Translations under genes and position numbers: made by a program
The notes under the pieces: generated by a model
Databases searched by the model: none
What the model was told of the DNA's origin: nothing
What the model saw: only the letters and a program-made list of their open reading frames with translations
Part shown: piece by piece, positions 15,665-29,300 of the stretch
Position numbering within the stretch: the first letter of the stretch is position 1
Layout of the letters: every line of letters begins with the position of its first letter
Assembly: GCA_964016885.1 (NCBI GenBank)
Contig: OZ024743.1
Coordinates: 129,456,001 to 129,520,000 of the forward strand
Reading direction: 5' to 3'
Source: Eledone cirrhosa
Lineage: Eukaryota
Length of the DNA: 64,000 nt

Positions 15665-18600
15665 CAAACACCAAGCACTAAGCACCAAACACCAAGCACC
15701 AAGCACCAAACACCAAACACCAAGCACCAAGCACCAAACACCAAACAGCAAACAGGAAACACCAAACAGCAAACAGCAAACTCCATACATGAAACAGCAA
15801 ACACCATACAGCAAACACCAAACACCAAAAAGCAGACACCAAACAGCAAACACCAAACACCAAACACCAAACACCAAACAGAAAACACCAAACACCAAGC
15901 ACCAAACACCAAGCACCAAGCACTAAACACCAAGCACCAAGCACCAAACACCAAACCCCAAGCACCAAGCACCAAACACTAATCACCCAGCACCAAGCAC
16001 CAAACACCAAGCACCAAGCACCAGACACCAAACACCAAGCACCAAAGACCAAGCACCAAGCACCAAGCAACAAACACCAAGCACCAAGCACCAAGCACCA
16101 AACACCAAGCACCAAGCACCAAACGCAAACCACCCAGCACCAAGCACCAAGCACCAACCACCAAGCACCAAGAACCAAACACCAAACACAAAACACCAAG
16201 CACCAAGCACCAAGCAGCACACACCAAGCATCAAACACCAAACACCAAACACCAAGCACCAAACACCAAGCACCAAGCACTAAGCACCAAGCACCAAGCA
16301 CCAAACGCCAAGCACCCAGCACCAAACACCAAACACCAAGCACCAACCACCAAACACCAAACACCAAGCACCAAACACCAGACACCAGGCACCAAACACC
16401 AAGCACCAAGCACCAAGCACCAAACACCAAACAACAAGCACCAGGTACCAAGCACCAAACACCAAAAACCAAGCACCAAGCACCAAACACCAAGCACCAA
16501 GCACCAAATGCCAAACACCAGGCACCAAGCACAAAACACCAAACACCAAAAAGCAGACACCAAACAGCAAACACCAAACACCAAGCACCAGGCACCAAGC
16601 ACCAAACACCAAACACCAAACACCAAGCACCAAGAACCAAACACCAAACACCAAACAGCAAGCACCAAGCACCAAACACCAAGCACCAAACACCAAACCC
16701 CAAGCACCAATCACCAAACACTAATCACCAAGCAGCAAGCACCAAACACCAAGCACCAAGCACCAAACACCAAACCCCAAGCACCAAAGACCAAGCACCA
16801 AGCACCAAGGACCAGACACCAAGCACCAAGCACCAAACACCAAGCACCAAACACCAAGCACCAGGCACCAAACACCAAACACCAAACACCAAGCACCAAG
16901 CACCAAACAGCAAGCACCAAACACCAAACACCAAACAGCAAACACCAAACAGCAAACATCAAACAGCAAACAGCAAACAGAAAACGCCAAACACCAAGCA
17001 CCAAGCACCAAGCACCAAACACCAAGCACCAAGCACCAAGCACAAAACACCAAACACCAAGCACCAAGGACCAAACATCAAACACCAAGAACCAACACCA
17101 AACACCAAGCACCAAGCACCAAACACCAAGCACCAAACACCAAACACCAGGCACCAAACACCAAACACCAACAACCAAGCACCAAAACCCAAACACCAAG
17201 CACCAAGCACCAAACACCAAACACCAAACACCAGACACCAAGCACCAAACACCAAACACCAAACACCAAGCACCAAGCACCAAACACCAAGTACCAAACA
17301 GCAAACCCCAAGCACCAAGCACAAAACACTAATCACCAAGCACCAAGCACCAAACAACAAGCACCAAGCACCAAGAACCAGGCACCAAGCACCAAACACC
17401 AAACACAAAACACCAAGCACCAAGCACCAAGCAGCACACACCAAGCATCAAACACCAAACACCAAGCACCAAGTACCAAACACCAAACACCAAGCACCAA
17501 GCACCAAGCACCAAGCACCAAACACCAAGCACCCAGCACCAAACACCAAGCACCAAGCACCCAGCACCAAACACCAAGCACCAAACACCAAACACCAAGC
17601 ACCAAACACCAAACACCAACAACCAAGCACCAAAACCCAAACACCAAGCACCAAGCACCAAACACCAAACACCAAACACCAGACACCAAGCACCAAACAC
17701 CAAACACCAAACACCAAGCACCAAGCACCGAACACCAAGTACCAAACAGCAAACCCCAAGCACCAAGCACAAAACACTAATCACCAAGCACCAAGCACCA
17801 AACAACAAGCACCAAGCACCAAGAACCAGGCACCAAGCACCAAACACCAAACACAAAACACCAAGCACCAAGCACCAAGCAGCATACACCAAGCATCAAA
17901 CACCAAACACCAAACACCAAGCACCAAACACCAAACACCAAGCACTAAGCACCAAGCACCAAGCACCAAACTCCAAGCACCCAGCACCAAACACCAAACA
18001 CCAAGCACCAACCACCAAACACCAAACACCAAGCACCAAACACCAGACACCAGGCACCAAACACCAAGCACCAAGCACCAAGCACCAAACACCAAACAAC
18101 AAGCACCAGGTACCAAGCACCAAACACCAAAAACCAAGCACCAAGCACCAAACACCAAGCACCAAGCACCAAATGCCAAACACCAGGCACCAAGCACAAA
18201 ACACCAAACACCAAAAAGCAGACACCAATCAGCAAACACCAAACACCAAGCACCAGCACCAAGCACCAAACACCAAGCACCAAGCAAGAAACACCAAACA
18301 CCAAGCACCAAGCTCCAAACACAAAACACCAAGCACCAAGCACCAAGCACCAAACACCAAACACCAAGCACCAAGAACCAAACACCAAACACCAAGCACC
18401 AAGGACCAAACATAAAGCACAAGCACCAAGCACCAAACACCTTACACCAAGCACCAAGCACCAAGCACCAAGCACCAAACACCAAGCACCAAACACCAAG
18501 CACCAAGCACCAAATACCAAGCAACAAGCACCAAACACCAAGCACCAAGCACCAAGCACCAAACACCAAGCACCAAGCACCAAACACCAAACCCCAAGCA

Positions 18601-18920
18601 CCAAACACCAAACCGCAAGCACCAAGCACCAAACACTAATCACCAAGCACCAAGCACCAAACAACAAGAACGAAGCACCAAGCACCAGGCACCAAGGACC
18701 AAACATCAAACACCAAGCACCAAGCACCAAGCACCAAGCACAAAGCACCGAACACCAGGCACCAAGCACCAAGCACCAAACACCAAGAACCAAACAACCA
18801 AGGACCAGGCACCAAGCACCAAACACCAAGCACCATGCACAAAACACCAAGCACCAAGCACGAAGCACCTAACACCAAGCACCAAGCACCAAACACTTAA
18901 CACCAAGCACCAAGCACCAA
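15665..18920 (+). repeat. Rearranged copy of ~2270-6670 (four blocks, order permuted)
   Basis: Successive offsets are 13395 (2584/15979), 12738 (3983/16721), 12044 (5285/17329) and 14366 (4340/18706). Confidence 0.82.
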
Positions 18921-21900
18921 GCACCAAACACCAAGCAGCAAGCAGCAAGCACCAAACACCAAACACCAAGCACCAAGCACCAAACACCTAACACCAAGCA
19001 CCAAGCACCAAGCACCAAGCACCGAACACCAAGCACCAAACAGCAAGCACCAAACACCAAGCACCAAGCACCGAACACCAAGCACCAAACACCAAGCACC
19101 AATCACCAAGCACCAGACACCAAGCACCAGGCACCAAGCACCAAACACCAAGCACCATGCACCAAACACCAAGCACCAAGCACGAAGCACCAAAGACCAA
19201 GCACCAAGCACCAAACACTTAACACCAAGCACCAAGCACCAAGCACCAAACACCAAGCACCAAACACCAAACACCAAGCACCAAGTACCAAACACCAAGC
19301 ACCAAGCACCAAACACCAAGCACCAAGCACCAATCACCAAACACCAAGAACCAACTCCAAACACCAAGCACCAAGCACCAAACACCAAGCACCAAACACC
19401 AAACACCAAGCACCAAACACCAAACACCAACAACCAAGCACCAAAACCCAAACACCAAACATCAAGCACCAAGCACCAAATGCCAAACACCAGGCACCAA
19501 GCACAAAACACCAAACACCAAAAAGCAGACACCAAACAGCATACACAAAACACCAAGCACCAGGCACCAAGCACCAAACACCAAACACCAAACACCAAGC
19601 ACCAAGAACCAAACTCCAAACACCAAACAGCAAGCACCAAGCACCAAACACCAAGCACCAAACACCAAACCCCAAGCACCAATCACCAAACACTAATCAC
19701 CAAGCAGCAAGCACCAAACACCAAGCACCAAGCACCAAACACCAAACCCCAAGCACCAAAGACCAAGCACCAAGCACCAAGGACCAGACACCAAGCACCA
19801 AGCACCAAACACCAAGCACCAAACACCAAGCACCAGGCACCAAACACCAAACACCAAACACCAAGCACCAAGCACCAAACAGCAAGCACCAAACACCAAA
19901 CACCAAACAGCAAACACCAAACAGCAAACATCAAACAGCAAACAGCAAACAGCAAACGCCAAACACCAAGCACCAAGCACCAAGCACCAAACACCAAGCA
20001 CCAAGCACCAAGCACAAAACACCAAACACCAAGCACCAAGGACCAAACATCAAACACCAAGCACCAAGCACCAAGCACCAAGCACAAAGCACCGAACACC
20101 AAGCACCAAGCACCAAGCACCAAACACCAAGAACCAAACAACCAAGGACCAGGCACCAAGCACCAAACACCAAGCACCATGCACCAAACACCAAGCACCA
20201 AGCACGAAGCACCTAACACCAAGCACCAAGCACCAAACACTTAACACCAAGCACCAAGCACCAAGCACCAAACACAAAGCACCAAACACCAAACACCAAG
20301 CACCAATCACCAAGCACCAAACACCAAGCAGCAAGCAGCAAGCACCAAACACCAAACACCAAGCACCAAGCACCAAACACCTAACACCAAGCACCAAGCA
20401 CCAAGCACCAAGCACCGAACACCAAGCACCAAACAGCAAGCACCAAACACCAAGCACCAAGCACCGAACACCAAGCACCAAACACCAAGCACCAATCACC
20501 AAGCACCAGACACCAAACACCAGGCACCAAGCACCAAACACCAAGAACCATGCACCAAACACCAAGCACCAAGCACCAAGCACCAAAGACCAAGCACCAA
20601 GCACCAAACACTTAACACCAAGCACCAAGCACCAAGCACCAAACACTAAGCACCAAACACCAAACACCAAGCACCAAGTACCAAACACCAAGCACCAAGC
20701 ACCAAACACCAAGCACCAAGCACCAATCACCAAACACCAAGAACCAACACCAAACACCAAGCACCAAGCACCAAACACCAAGCACCAAACACCAAACACC
20801 AAGCACCAAACACCAAACACCAACAACCAAGCACCAAAACCCAAACACCAAGCACCAAGCACCAAACACCAAACACCAAACACCAGACACCAAGCACCAA
20901 ACACCAAACACCAAACACCAAGCACCAAGCACCAAACACCAAGTACCAAACAGCAAACCCCAAGCACCAAGCACAAAACACTAATCACCAAGCACCAAGC
21001 ACCAAACAACAAGCACCAAGCACCAAGAACCAGGCACCAAGCACCAAACACCAAACACAAAACACCAAGCACCAAGCACCAAGCAGCACACACCAAGCAT
21101 CAAACACCAAACACCAAGCACCAAGTACCAAACACCAAACACCAAGCACCAAGCACCAAGCACCAAGCACCAAACACCAAGCACCCAGCACCAAACACCA
21201 AGCACCAAGCACCCAGCACCAAACACCAAGCACCAAACACCAAACACCAAGCACCAAACACCAAACACCAACAACCAAGCACCAAAACCCAAACACCAAG
21301 CACCAAGCACCAAACACCAAACACCAAACACCAGACACCAAGCACCAAACACCAAACACCAAACACCAAGCACCAAGCACCGAACACCAAGTACCAAACA
21401 GCAAACCCCAAGCACCAAGCACAAAACACTAATCACCAAGCACCAAGCACCAAACAACAAGCACCAAGCACCAAGAACCAGGCACCAAGCACCAAACACC
21501 AAACACAAAACACCAAGCACCAAGCACCAAGCAGCACACACCAAGCATCAAACACCAAACACCAAACACCAAGCACCAAACACCAAACACCAAGCACTAA
21601 GCACCAAGCACCAAGCACCAAACTCCAAGCACCCAGCACCAAACACCAAACACCAAGCACCAACCACCAAACACCAAACACCAAGCACCAAACACCAGAC
21701 ACCAGGCACCAAACACCAAGCACCAAGCACCAAGCACCAAACACCAAACAACAAGCACCAGGTACCAAGCACCAAACACCAAAAACCAAGCACCAAGCAC
21801 CAAACACCAAGCACCAAGCACCAAATGCCAAACACCAGGCACCAAGCACAAAACACCAAACACCAAAAAGCAGACACCAATCAGCAAACACCAAACACCA

Positions 21901-24900
21901 AGCACCAGCACCAAGCACCAAACACCAAGCACCAAGCAAGAAACACCAAACACCAAGCACCAAGCTCCAAACACAAAACACCAAGCACCAAGCACCAAGC
22001 ACCAAACACCAAACACCAAGCACCAAGAACCAAACACCAAACACCAAGCACCAAGGACCAAACATAAAGCACAAGCACCAAGCACCAAACACCTTACACC
22101 AAGCACCAAGCACCAAGCACCAAGCACCAAACACCAAGCACCAAACACCAAGCACCAAGCACCAAATACCAAGCAACAAGCACCAAACACCAAGCACCAA
22201 GCACCAAGCACCAAACACCAAGCACCAAGCACCAAACACCAAACCCCAAGCACCAAACACCAAACCGCAAGCACCAAGCACCAAACACTAATCACCAAGC
22301 ACCAAGCACCAAACAACAAGAACGAAGCACCAAGCACCAGGCACCAAGCACCAAGCACCAAACACAAAACACCAAGCACCAAGCACCAAGCAGCAAACAC
22401 CAAGCATCAAACACCAAACACCAACCACCAAGCACCAAACACCAAGCACCAGGAACCAAACACCAAACACCAAGCACCAAGCACGAAGCACCAAACACCA
22501 AACACCAAGCACCAAATACCAGATACCAAGCACCAAGCACCAAACACCAAACACCAAGCACCAAGCACCAAACACTAAACATCAAGCACCAGGCACCAAG
22601 CACCAAACACCAAACACCAAGCACCAAGCACCAAACACCAAACACCAAGCACGCAGCATCAAACACCAAGCACCAAGCACCAAGCACCAAACACCAAGCA
22701 CCAAGCACCAAGCACCAAGTACCTAACACCAAACACCAAGCAACAAACACCAAACACCAGGCACCAAGCACCAAGCACCAAACACCAAACACCAAGCACG
22801 AAACACCAGCCACCAAGCACCAAGTACCAAACACCAAACACCAAGCACTAAGCACCAAACACCAAACAACAAGCACCAGGCACCAAGCACCAAACACCAA
22901 ACACCAAGCACGCAGCACCAAACACCAAGCACCAAGCACCAAGCACCAAACACCAAGCACCAAGCACAAAGCACCAAACACCAAACACCAAACACCAAAC
23001 AGCAAGCACCAAGCACCAAACACCAAACACCAAACAGCAAGCACCAAGCACCAAACACCAAGCACCAAACACCAAACCCCAAGCACCAATCACCAAACAC
23101 TAATCACGAAGCACCAAGCACCAAACACCAAGCACCAAGCAGCAAGCACCAAACACCAAGCACCAAGCACCAATCACCAAGCACCAAACACCAAGCACCA
23201 AGCACCAAACGCCAAACCCCAAGCATCAAAGACCAAGCACCAAGCACCAAGGACCAAACACCAAGCACCAAGCACCAAGCACCAAACACCAAGCACCAAG
23301 CACCAAGCACCAAGCACCGAACACCAAGCACCAAGCACCAAACACCAAACCCCAAGCACCAAAGACCAAGCACCAAGCACCAAGGACCAAACACCAAGCA
23401 CCAAGCACCAAGCACCAAACACCAAGCACCAAGCACCAAACATCCAGCACCAAGCACCAAGCACCAAACACCAAGCACCAAGCACCAAACACAAAACACC
23501 AAACACCAAACAGCAAACACCAAACACCAAACAGCAAAAACCAAATACGAAACAGCAAACACCATACAGCAAATACCAAACACCAAAAAGCAGACACCAA
23601 GCAGCAAACACAAAACACCAAACACCAAACACCAAACACCAAGCACCAAGCACCAACCACCAAACCCCAAGCACCAAGCAACAAACACTAATCACCAAGC
23701 ACCAAGCACCAAACACCAAGCACCAAGCACCAATCACCAAACACCAAGCACCAAGCACCAAACGCCAAACACCAAGCACCAAAGACCAAGCACCAAGCAC
23801 CAAGCACCAAACACTAATCACCAAGCACCAAGCACCAAACAACAAGAACGAAGCACCAAGCACCAGGCACCAAGCACCAAGCACCAAACACAAAACACCA
23901 AGCACCAAGCACCAAGCAGCAAACACCAAGCATCAAACAACAAACACCAACCACCAAGCACCAAACACCAAGCACCAAACACCAAGCACCAGGAACCAAG
24001 CACCAAGCACGAAGCACCAAACACCAAACACCAAGCACCAAATACCAGATACCAAGCACCAAGCACCAAACACCAAACACCAAGCACCAAGCACCAAACA
24101 CTAAACAACAAGCACCAGGCACCAAGCACCAAACACCAAACACCAAGCACCAAGCCCCAAACACCAAACACCAAGCACGCAGCATCAAACACCAAGCACC
24201 AAGCACCAAGCACCAAACACCAAGCACCAAGCACCAAGCACCAAGTAACAAACACCAAACACCAAGCAACAAACACCAAACACCAAGGACCAAACACCAA
24301 GCACCAAGCACCAAACACCAAGCACCAAGCACCAAACACCCAGCACCAAGCACCAAGCACCAAACACCAAGCACCAAGCACCAAACACAAAACACCAAAC
24401 ACCAAACAGCAAACACCAAACACCAAACAGCAAAAACCAAATACGAAACAGCAAACACCATACAGCAAACACCAAACACCAAAAAGCAGACACCAAACAG
24501 CAAACACAAAACACCAAACACCAAACACCAAACACCAAGCACCAAGCACCAACCACCAAACCCCAAGCACCAAGCAACAAACACTAATCACCAAGCACCA
24601 AGCACCAAACACCAAGCACCAAGCACCAAGCACCAAACACCAAGCACCAAGCACCAAACGCCAAACACCAAGCACCAAAGACCAAGCACCAAGCACCAAG
24701 CACCAAACAAGCACCAAACACCAAGCACCAAACACCAAGCACCAAGCACCAAACACCCACCACCCAGCACCAAACACCAAGCACCAAACACCAAGCACCA
24801 AACACCAAACACCAAGCACCAAGCACCAAGCACCAAACACCAAGCCCCAAGCACTAAGCACCAAACACCAAACACCAAGCACCAAGCACCAAACAACAAG

Positions 24901-26389
24901 CACCAAGCACCAATCACAAAGAACGAAACAACAAGCAGCAAGCAGCAAGCACCAAACACCAAACACCAAGCACCAAACACCAAACACCAAGCACCAAGGA
25001 CCCAATATCAAACACCAAGCACCAAGCACCAAACACCAAACACCAAGCACCAAGCACCAAGCACCAAGCACCGAACACCAAGCCGCAAACACCAAGCACC
25101 AAACACCAAGCACCAAACACCAAACACGAAGTCCCACGCACCAAGCACCAAACACCAAACAGCAAGCACCAAGCACCAAACACCAAGCACCAAGCACCAA
25201 GCCCCTAGCACCAAACACCAAACACCAAGCACCAAGCACAAAATACCAAGCACCAATCACCAAGCACCAAACACCAAGGAGCAAGCAGCAAGCACCAAAC
25301 ACCAAACACCAAGCACCAAGCACCAAACACCAAACACCAAGCACCAAGCACCAAACATCAAACACCAAGCACCAAGCACCAAACACTTAACACCAAGCAC
25401 CAAGCACCAAGCACCAAACACCAAGCACCAAGCACCAAACACGAAACACCAAACACCAAACAGCAAACACCAAACACCAAACAGCAAAAACCAAATACGA
25501 AACAGCAAACACCATACAGCAAACACCAAACACCAAAAAGCAGACACCAAACAGCAAACACAAAACACCAAACACCAAACACCAAACACCAAGCACCAAG
25601 TACCAACCACCAAACCCCAAGCACCAAGCAACAAACACTAATCACCAAGCACCAAGCACCAAACACCAAGCACCAAGCACCAAGCACCAAACACCAAGCA
25701 CCAAGCACCAAACGCCAAACACCAAGCACCAAAGACCAAGCACCAAGCACCAAGCACCAAACACCAAGCACCAAACACCAAGCACCAAACACCAAACACC
25801 AAGCACCAAGCACCAAGCACCAAACACCAAGCCCCAAGCACCAAGCACCAAACACCAAACACCAAGCACCAAGCACCAAACAACAAGCACCAAGCACCAA
25901 TCACAAAGAACGAAACAACAAGCAGCAAGCAGCAAGCACCAAACACCAAACACCAAGCACCAAACACCAAACACCAAGCACCAAGGACCCAATATCAAAC
26001 ACCAAGCACCAAGCACCAAACACCAAACACCAAACAGCAAGCACCAAGCACCAAACACCAAGCACCAAGCACCAAGCCCCTAGCACCAAACACCAAACAC
26101 CAAGCACCAAGCACAAAATACCAAGCACCAATCACCAAGCACCAAACACCAAGGAGCAAGCAGCAAGCACCAAACACCAAACACCAAGCACCAAGCACCA
26201 AACACCAAACACCAAGCACCAAGCACCAAACATCAAACACCAAGCACCAAGCACCAAACACTTAACACCAAGCACCAAGCACCAAGCACCAAACACCAAG
26301 CACCAATCACAAAGAACGAAACAAGCAGCAAGCAGCAAGCACCAAACACCAAACACCAAGCATCAAACACCAAACACCAAGCACCAAGG

Positions 26390-29300
26390 ACCCAACATCA
26401 AACACCAAGCACCAAGCACCAAGCAGCACACACCAAGCATCAAACACCAAACACCAAACACCAAGCACCAAACACCAAACACCAAGCACTAAGCACCAAG
26501 CACCAAGCACCAAACTCCAAGCACCCAGCACCAAACACCAAACACCAAGCACCAACCACCAAACACCAAACACCAAGCACCAAACACCAGACACCAGGCA
26601 CCAAACACCAAGCACCAAGCACCAAGCACCAAACACCAAACAACAAGCACCAGGTACCAAGCACCAAACACCAAAAACCAAGCACCAAGCACTAAACACC
26701 AAGCACCAAGCACCAAATGCCAAACACCAGGCACCAAGCACAAAACACCAAACACCAAAAAGCAGACACCAAACAGCAAACACCAAACACCAAGCACCAG
26801 GCACCAAGCACCAAACACCAAGCACCAAGCAAGAAACACCAAGCATGAAGACCGAAGCACCAAACACCAAGCACCAAGCTCCAAACACAAAACACCAAGC
26901 ACCAAGCACCAAGCACCAAACACCAAACACCAAGCACCAAGCACCAAACACCAAACACCAAGCACCAAGGACCAAACATCAAGCACAAGCACCAAGCACC
27001 AAACACCTTACACCAAGCACCAAGCACCAAGCACCAAGCACCAAACACCAAGCACCAAACACCAAGCACCAAGCACCAAATACCAAGCAACAAGCAACAA
27101 ACACCAAGCACCAAGCACCAAGCACCAAACACCAAGCACCAAGCACCAAACACCAAACCCCAAGCACCAAACACCAAACCGCAAGCACCAAGCACCAAAC
27201 ACTAATCACCAAGCACCAAGCACCAAACAATAAGAACGAAGCACCAAGCACCAGGCACCAAGCACCAAGCACCAAACACAAAACACCCAGCACCAAGCAC
27301 CAAGCAGCAAACACCAAGCATCAAACACCAAACACCAACCACCAAGCAGCAAACACCAAGCACCAGGAACCAAACACCAAACACCAAGCACCAAGCACGA
27401 AGCACCAAACACCAAACACCAAGCACCAAATACCAGATACCAAGCACCAAGCACCAAACACCAAACACCAAGCACCAAGCACCAAACACTAAACATCAAG
27501 CACCAGGCACCAAGCACCAAACACCAAACACCAAGCACCAAGCACCAAACACCAAACACCAAGCACGCAGCATCAAACACCAAGCACCAAGCACCAAGCA
27601 CCAAACACCAAGCACCAAGCACCAAGCACCAAGTACCTAACACCAAACACCAAGCAACAAACACCAAACACCAAGCACCAAGCACCAAGCACGAAACACC
27701 AGGCACCAAGCACCAAGCACCAAACACCAAACACCAAGCACGAAACACCAGCCACCAAGCACCAAGTACCAAACACCAAACACCAAGCACTAAGCACCAA
27801 ACACCAAACAACAAGCACCAGGCACCAAGCACCAAACACCAAACACCAAGCACGCAGCACCAAACACCAAGCACCAAGCACCAAGCACCAAACACCAAGC
27901 ACCAAGCACCAAGCACCAAACACCAAACACCAAACACCAAACAGCAAGCACCAAGCACCAAACACCAAACACCAAACAGCAAGCACCAAGCACCAAACAC
28001 CAAGCACCAAACACCAAACCCCAAGCACCAATCACCAAACACTAATCACGAAGCACCAAGCACCAAACACCAAGCACCAAGCAGCAATCACCAAACACCA
28101 AGCACCAAGCACCAATCACCAAGCACCAAACACCAAGCACCAAGCACCAAACGCCAAACCCCAAGCACCAAAGACCAAGCACCAAGCACCAAGGACCAAA
28201 CACCAAGCACCAAGCACCAAGCACCAAACACCGAGCACCAAGCACCAAGCACCAAGCACCGAACACCAAGCACCAAGCACCAAACACCAAACCCCAAGCA
28301 CCAAAGACCAAGCACAAGCACCAAGGACCAAACACCAAGCACCAAGCACCAAACATCCAGCACCAAGCACCAAGCACCAAACACCAAGCACCAAGCACCA
28401 AACACAAAACACCAAACACCATACAGCAAACACCAAACACCAAAAAGCAGACACCAAGCAGCAAACACAAAACACCAAACACCAAACACCAAACACCAAG
28501 CACCAAGCACCAACCACCAAACTCCAAGCCCCAAGCAACAAACACTAATCACCAAGCACCAAGCACCAAACACCAAGCACCAAGCACCAAGCACCAAACA
28601 CCAAGCACCAAGCACCAAACGCCAAACACCAAGCACCAAAGACCAAGCACCAAGCACCAAGCACCAAAGACTAATCACCAAGCACCAAGCACCAAACAAC
28701 AAGAACGAAGCACCAAGCACCAGGCACCAAGCACCAAGCACCAAACACAAAACACCAAGCACCAAGCACCAAGCAGCAAACACCAAGCACCAAACACCAA
28801 GCACCAACCACCAAGCACCAAACACCAAGCACCAAACACCAAGCACCAGGAACCAAGCACCAAGCACGAAGCACCAAACACCAAACACCAAGCACCAAAT
28901 ACCAGATACCAAGCACCAAGGACCAAACACCAAACACCAAGCACCAAGCACCAAAAAATAAACAACAAGCACCAGGCACCAAGCACCAAACACCAAACAC
29001 CAAGCACCAAGCACCAAACACCAAACACCAAGCACGCAGCATCAAACACCAAGCACCAAGCACCAAGCACCAAACACCAAACACCAAGCACCAAGGACCC
29101 AACATCAAACACCAAGCACCAAGCACCAAGCAGCACACACCAAGCATCAAACACCAAACACCAAACACCAAGCACCAAACACCAAACACCAAGCACTAAG
29201 CACCAAGCACCAAGCACCAAACTCCAAGCACCCAGCACCAAACACCAAACACCAAGCACCAACCACCAAACACCAAACACCAAGCACCAAACACCAGACA

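Larger units (their letters stand above)
3200..29080 (+). repeat. Large HOR: ~3200-13330 repeated at ~18910-29080 (offset ~15.70-15.75 kb)
   Basis: Matching ORF pairs give offsets of 15710 (3973/19683), 15696 (5285/20981), 15702 (8112/23814) and 15748 (10559/26307, 12923/28671). Landmarks occur in the same order. Confidence 0.9.
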
